Below, piece by piece: positions 60,439 through 64,000 of a stretch of DNA of 64,000 nt (positions are counted from its first letter, which is position 1; the number at the start of each line of letters is the position of its first letter). The translations under genes and the position numbers were made by a program. Location of the stretch: the IMG/VR virus record IMGVR_UViG_2061766007_004329; one strand, 5' to 3'. The stretch comes from an uncultured virus (IMG/VR IMGVR_UViG_2061766007_004329). Its lineage: Duplodnaviria; Heunggongvirae; Uroviricota; Caudoviricetes. Under the pieces are notes generated by a model, which was not told the DNA's origin, made no database searches, and saw only the letters and a list, made by a program, of their open reading frames with translations.

Positions 60439-61608
60439 TCAGTGATCACCCTGTGCCAGTTTCCGGAGCTCGTCAGCCATGTCATCCTGTTCCCAGGGAA
60501 GGTTCAGGTCGGTGCGGCCGAAGTGCCCGTATACGGAAACCATGCTGTAGCTGGGCGTATTCAGCTTCAGGCGCCTGATGATCGCCGAGGGCTTCAGATC
60601 AAACACCTGCTGAACCAGCCTTGCCAGCTCGTTATCCGGCTTCTTACCGGTGCCAAATGTGTTCACTGTAATGCCTACAGGATGGCACACGCCGATGGCG
60701 TACACGATGGAAACCTCGCACTGGCTGCACAGCTTTGCGGCGACAAGGTTCCGCGCGATCCAGCGAGCAGCATATGCGCCGGAGCGGTCCACCTTGCTGG
60801 CGTCCTTACCGGAGAGTGCACCGCCGCCGATGTGCCCGACAGGGCCATACTGATCCACGGCCAGCTTTCGCCCGGTCAGGCCGGTGTCGGCAGCAGGGCC
60901 GCCCAGCACAAACCGACCGGAAGGGTTCACCAGCAGCCTTGAATTGGGTGTCCACATATCAGATCTGCCTACCGCTTTATACACGACCCGCGTCACCATG
61001 CCCTGAAGAATGTCTTCCGGCGCGTTTGGCGCATGCTGCACCGAGACGACAATAGTGTGGACATACACGCGGCCACCCTCGTACTTGAGGGACACCTGCG
61101 CTTTGCCGTCCACGCCCAGCCAAATCGTGTGCGCCGCTTCCTTATCCAGCAGTCGGCAGATGCGCTGGGCGATGATGAACGCAAGGGGCATCTTCGCGCT
61201 GGTCTCGTCGGTCGCGTAGCCGACCATGATGCCCTGGTCCCCCGCGCCCTGATCGCTGTCCGGATACCGGCCTTCCACAGCGGCGGCAATGTCCGGAGAC
61301 TGGTTGTGGATGTTGACGTAGATATCCAGGCTGTTCATGTCCTCCTCGCACAGATCCGCACGACGGTACCCGACCTGCTGGATGACACTGTCCACGATCT
61401 TGCCATAGTCCACCTCGGCACGGGAAGTGACCTCGCCGGCAATTACGATGTTGCCCGCCGTGGCCATCACCTCCACCGCAACACGGGCGTCGGGATCATA
61501 GCTCAGGTGTGCGTCCAGGATCGCGTCGGCGATCTGGTCACAGAACTTATCCGGGTGGCCGCGTCTCACGGCCTCAGCGGTTACGAGCCTTGCATTCCTT
61601 TCATTCAT
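60439..61608 (-). CDS. metK: S-adenosylmethionine synthetase (phage-encoded)
   Basis: GHPDK, GAGDQG, DGKAQV, GGGALSGKD signatures. Confidence 0.95.
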   Translation of the reverse strand: MNERNARLVTAEAVRRGHPDKFCDQIADAILDAHLSYDPDARVAVEVMATAGNIVIAGEVTSRAEVDYGKIVDSVIQQVGYRRADLCEEDMNSLDIYVNIHNQSPDIAAAVEGRYPDSDQGAGDQGIMVGYATDETSAKMPLAFIIAQRICRLLDKEAAHTIWLGVDGKAQVSLKYEGGRVYVHTIVVSVQHAPNAPEDILQGMVTRVVYKAVGRSDMWTPNSRLLVNPSGRFVLGGPAADTGLTGRKLAVDQYGPVGHIGGGALSGKDASKVDRSGAYAARWIARNLVAAKLCSQCEVSIVYAIGVCHPVGITVNTFGTGKKPDNELARLVQQVFDLKPSAIIRRLKLNTPSYSMVSVYGHFGRTDLNLPWEQDDMADELRKLAQGDH

Positions 61609-62077
61609 GAAACGTTCCTCCAAATTCAGTAGATTGGGATTCCAGCGTCCGCCTGGTCAGCCGCCGCCAGCAGATCAGCACACGTGCCGCCACCAGTTTG
61701 CAGCCGCGCTTGACACGCATCCAGAAGTACACCGGCACATAGCCAGCGTCCTCGCCAGTCGTGAACACATCGGTGATGTACCAGATCCCATGCACTTTCC
61801 TGATGATCAGGAAAAGGCCGGACTGGTAGCAGAGCTCCTGGCATTCCGTATCCATGAAAACACCCTTTTCCTCATGGGCGGTGATGTACAGGGCCAGATC
61901 TGCTTTGATGTTGATGGACTGAATAAAAGCGGAAACCGGAGAAGTGTTATGCTGGAGCAGCTGCTTCCAGCCGTCCCTGGTGAACTCAACGCTCACACGA
62001 GCGGACTTGAAGAGGAGCTTTGTGATCTCCGCCATGCGATGCCACATAACGGCGGGAGAAGTGAAAGATACCTGCAT
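61601..62077 (-). CDS. Hypothetical protein
   Basis: GGAGG RBS, ATG at 62077, overlaps the metK start. Confidence 0.7.
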   Translation of the reverse strand: MQVSFTSPAVMWHRMAEITKLLFKSARVSVEFTRDGWKQLLQHNTSPVSAFIQSINIKADLALYITAHEEKGVFMDTECQELCYQSGLFLIIRKVHGIWYITDVFTTGEDAGYVPVYFWMRVKRGCKLVAARVLICWRRLTRRTLESQSTEFGGTFHE

Positions 62078-62294
62078 GATATTGCCTCCAATCGACTTCG
62101 TTGAACCGGCCAGTCGGCCTGCTCTTTCTGAACGGAGGCTGGTATCTTCCCCCACCCGCTGTCTATGACAGAAGGGAGTGAGCCGCGGCCTCATCCGTTC
62201 ACTGGTTCGCTGAGTTTCATGGATGCATCCACCTGTTCCCGACGAACGGCGCGCCTGCAGTGCGCTTTTGCCGCTTGCCTCTGGAACTGGGTTC

Positions 62295-62371
62295 ATTGTA
62301 TCAGAGAAACAGGCGGGATACCACACAGCGCGCTGTGGGTTGCGAGCCGTTTACCCACAGCGCACTGTGGG
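62295..62371 (-). promoter_or_regulatory. Early promoter (extended -10 TGATACAAT) with two palindromic operators
   Basis: CACAGCGCGCTGTG (62324-62337) and CCCACAGCGCACTGTGGG (62354-62371). Confidence 0.7.
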
Positions 62372-62445
62372 ATGATAAACCTGCTCCTGAAAACCGGGTT
62401 AATGCTTGTAATAAAAAAAGAACCACGCCCATTTTTGAGCGCAGT

Positions 62446-62805
62446 TCACATGGCCTGCAGCAGATTGAAGAGAGATTCCGTCTGCCCAGTAAAAACCGTC
62501 AGCTTCTTATGATCCAGATCGCGGGCAGCTTTTTGTGTCACGCTTCTGAGCCGGTCCACAAGAGGATCGTGTGGCTCGCCGGTCGTTCCAAACAGAAGAT
62601 AGTCGGCTGAACAATGAAGTGCCGTTGCGAGTTTTCGAATACTCGTCGCTTTTGCGTCCGCCCTCCCGGATTCAATCATGGCGATTGTGTTGACGGACAG
62701 TCCGCTCAGTTCTGACAGGGCTTCCTGTGTCAGGGCTTTCTCCTGTCGGATATCATATAGCCGGAAGCCCATTTCTTTCCTGGCTCTGATTTCGTCCGCC
62801 AACAA
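62446..62805 (-). CDS. XRE-family HTH regulator
   Basis: LTQEALSELSGLSVNTIAMIESG...ADYLLFG. Confidence 0.92.
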   Translation of the reverse strand: MLADEIRARKEMGFRLYDIRQEKALTQEALSELSGLSVNTIAMIESGRADAKATSIRKLATALHCSADYLLFGTTGEPHDPLVDRLRSVTQKAARDLDHKKLTVFTGQTESLFNLLQAM

Positions 62806-63218
62806 CGCACTTCACCTCCTTCTGTATGTCTTATGCCATCAATTGCCTTGTGTGATTTAATTGTACACTCGCCATTTCCCTTTGTCTATGTACATGAACG
62901 TGATCTTTTGTTGACCCTGTTGATGTTTTGGCGACAAACTATTGATTTTTGAATTTGGTTTTTCGGTGGCTCTTTCACTCTCATGCCGCAATGCAAGTCC
63001 AAATTTGCGGCCGAACCAGCATTTCTTGCTGACGATTATGTCCTGATTGTCTGAACAACGGGGCTTTTTCGATAGGATATGGTTCTTTTAGCGTCAGGAC
63101 GACACTTATCATTTGTCTCAGTCGCATTTTGATTTTTAGTTGCTTTTCTCTTGATTTTCCATTGACCATATGATATACTTTCTTCAGAATAGAACAGATG
63201 TTTTCAGGAGGGAATGGG

Positions 63219-64000
63219 ATGAGCGCCTGGGCTTGCCGGCTGAGCTTTGCCATATTCTACTATGCCGTTTATTACGACAACACGAATGGGCATCAGTATG
63301 AAAACATCAGCATACTGCTAGACGGCGTGCGTTTATCCTCGCTACGGAACGCACCGCCTGAATATAGGCGTCAGGATATGGCCAGCCGGTACTGCCGAGG
63401 AGACAAGGCCATTGCCAAATCAAAAGCGGCCGAGCTGAGAGGCCTGCCTGACAGGCAGCTTGTTCAGCGCATATCTGATACCAGCATCACAGATGTCGAT
63501 CTGGCCGCGTCCACCATGGCGGCACTGCTGCAATCAGACCATTTGACGCTGGACAATACGACGCGCCGCGCGCTTCTGGCCATGCCCTATACAGAAGACC
63601 CACGGTCTTTCCTGGCCAGACTACTCCGCATCGCCGTGGACTGCCCGCTGAACGCTGTTGTAAAACTGTCCGATGAGATGATTGGGGATATCATGGCCTG
63701 TCGGGAAAACGGCCGTGTCAATATGGCCGGGGTCACAAGAGATCTGCATGAACCTTCGCGACAGAATACGATTCTTCCCACTGCCTCAGGTGAAGATTCA
63801 AACCTACATGATGGCGCGGCCACCCAGGTTTTCTCGGATGGCTCATTTGCCTCTTATGCCATCCACCAGCTGCAATATCCAGAGGACAAGGAGGCGCTCA
63901 GGGAAGACTACCTTGCGCTGCATGATTGTACGCCTGTATCTCCATTTTCTGATGATGAGATGCTTGAATGCGCGGAACGCATAGCCCGTGCAGAGGCAGC
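63219..64000 (+). CDS. Hypothetical protein, divergent from XRE, runs off the window end
   Basis: AGGAGG RBS, ATG at 63219, frame open to 64000 (MSAWACRLSFAIFYYAV...); absent from the ORF track because it has no stop. Confidence 0.7.
   Translation, partial: MSAWACRLSFAIFYYAVYYDNTNGHQYENISILLDGVRLSSLRNAPPEYRRQDMASRYCRGDKAIAKSKAAELRGLPDRQLVQRISDTSITDVDLAASTMAALLQSDHLTLDNTTRRALLAMPYTEDPRSFLARLLRIAVDCPLNAVVKLSDEMIGDIMACRENGRVNMAGVTRDLHEPSRQNTILPTASGEDSNLHDGAATQVFSDGSFASYAIHQLQYPEDKEALREDYLALHDCTPVSPFSDDEMLECAERIARAEA

Larger units (their letters stand above)
1..62805 (-). mobile_element. Temperate siphovirus-like prophage with serine recombinases; att sites not identified and boundaries may lie outside the window
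   Basis: Ordered regulation, replication, packaging, head, tail, lysis and integration modules, nearly all on the minus strand. Confidence 0.95.

Noticed and set aside
56036..60485. Apparent tandem duplication of metK end, hypothetical gene, DUF2800 and DUF2815
   Set aside because: Both junctions coincide with 10-N scaffold gaps and genes are truncated there; most likely two related prophage haplotypes scaffolded in series.
62160..62240. Calling a bona fide SAM-I riboswitch
   Set aside because: Only a partial resemblance; ligand-binding P1/P3 elements are not visible, so it is kept only as a candidate leader.

Overview
Almost the whole window is one temperate siphovirus-type prophage. Gene content suggests a Bacillota/Clostridia host, and the assembly is gappy with some apparently co-assembled haplotypes. 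Most genes are on the minus strand. From right to left: XRE regulator; metK; DUF2800/DUF2815/Pol A/VirE-primase/SNF2/VRR-NUC replication block; ArpU/RinA-like late activator; a plus-strand accessory operon; a cos-like site; two ParB-DNA methyltransferases; P27 terminase; HK97-type head; long tail; holin/endolysin; and two large serine recombinases. The main finding is the plus-strand operon at 42.3-45.5 kb (amidoligase, unknown ORF, Ntn glutamine amidotransferase, three small ORFs). Its intergenic spacers are type I hammerhead ribozymes: two complete, one half hidden by a gap, one degenerate or gapped. The readable copies share stem I (CCCGC/GCGGG) and a covarying loop II pseudoknot, so the transcript should self-cleave into gene-sized RNAs whose ends could re-form a hammerhead and circularise. 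Other findings: an oriented 11-bp motif cluster near cos, a shared moron promoter class, a DUF4417/MGGRG-metallopeptidase/small acidic ORF trio, an oxidoreductase cassette bounded by a 27-bp duplication of the tail-gene end, a tandemly duplicated late promoter, a non-canonical -1 frameshift in the tail chaperone, small membrane ORFs among structural genes, and a structured leader upstream of phage metK.
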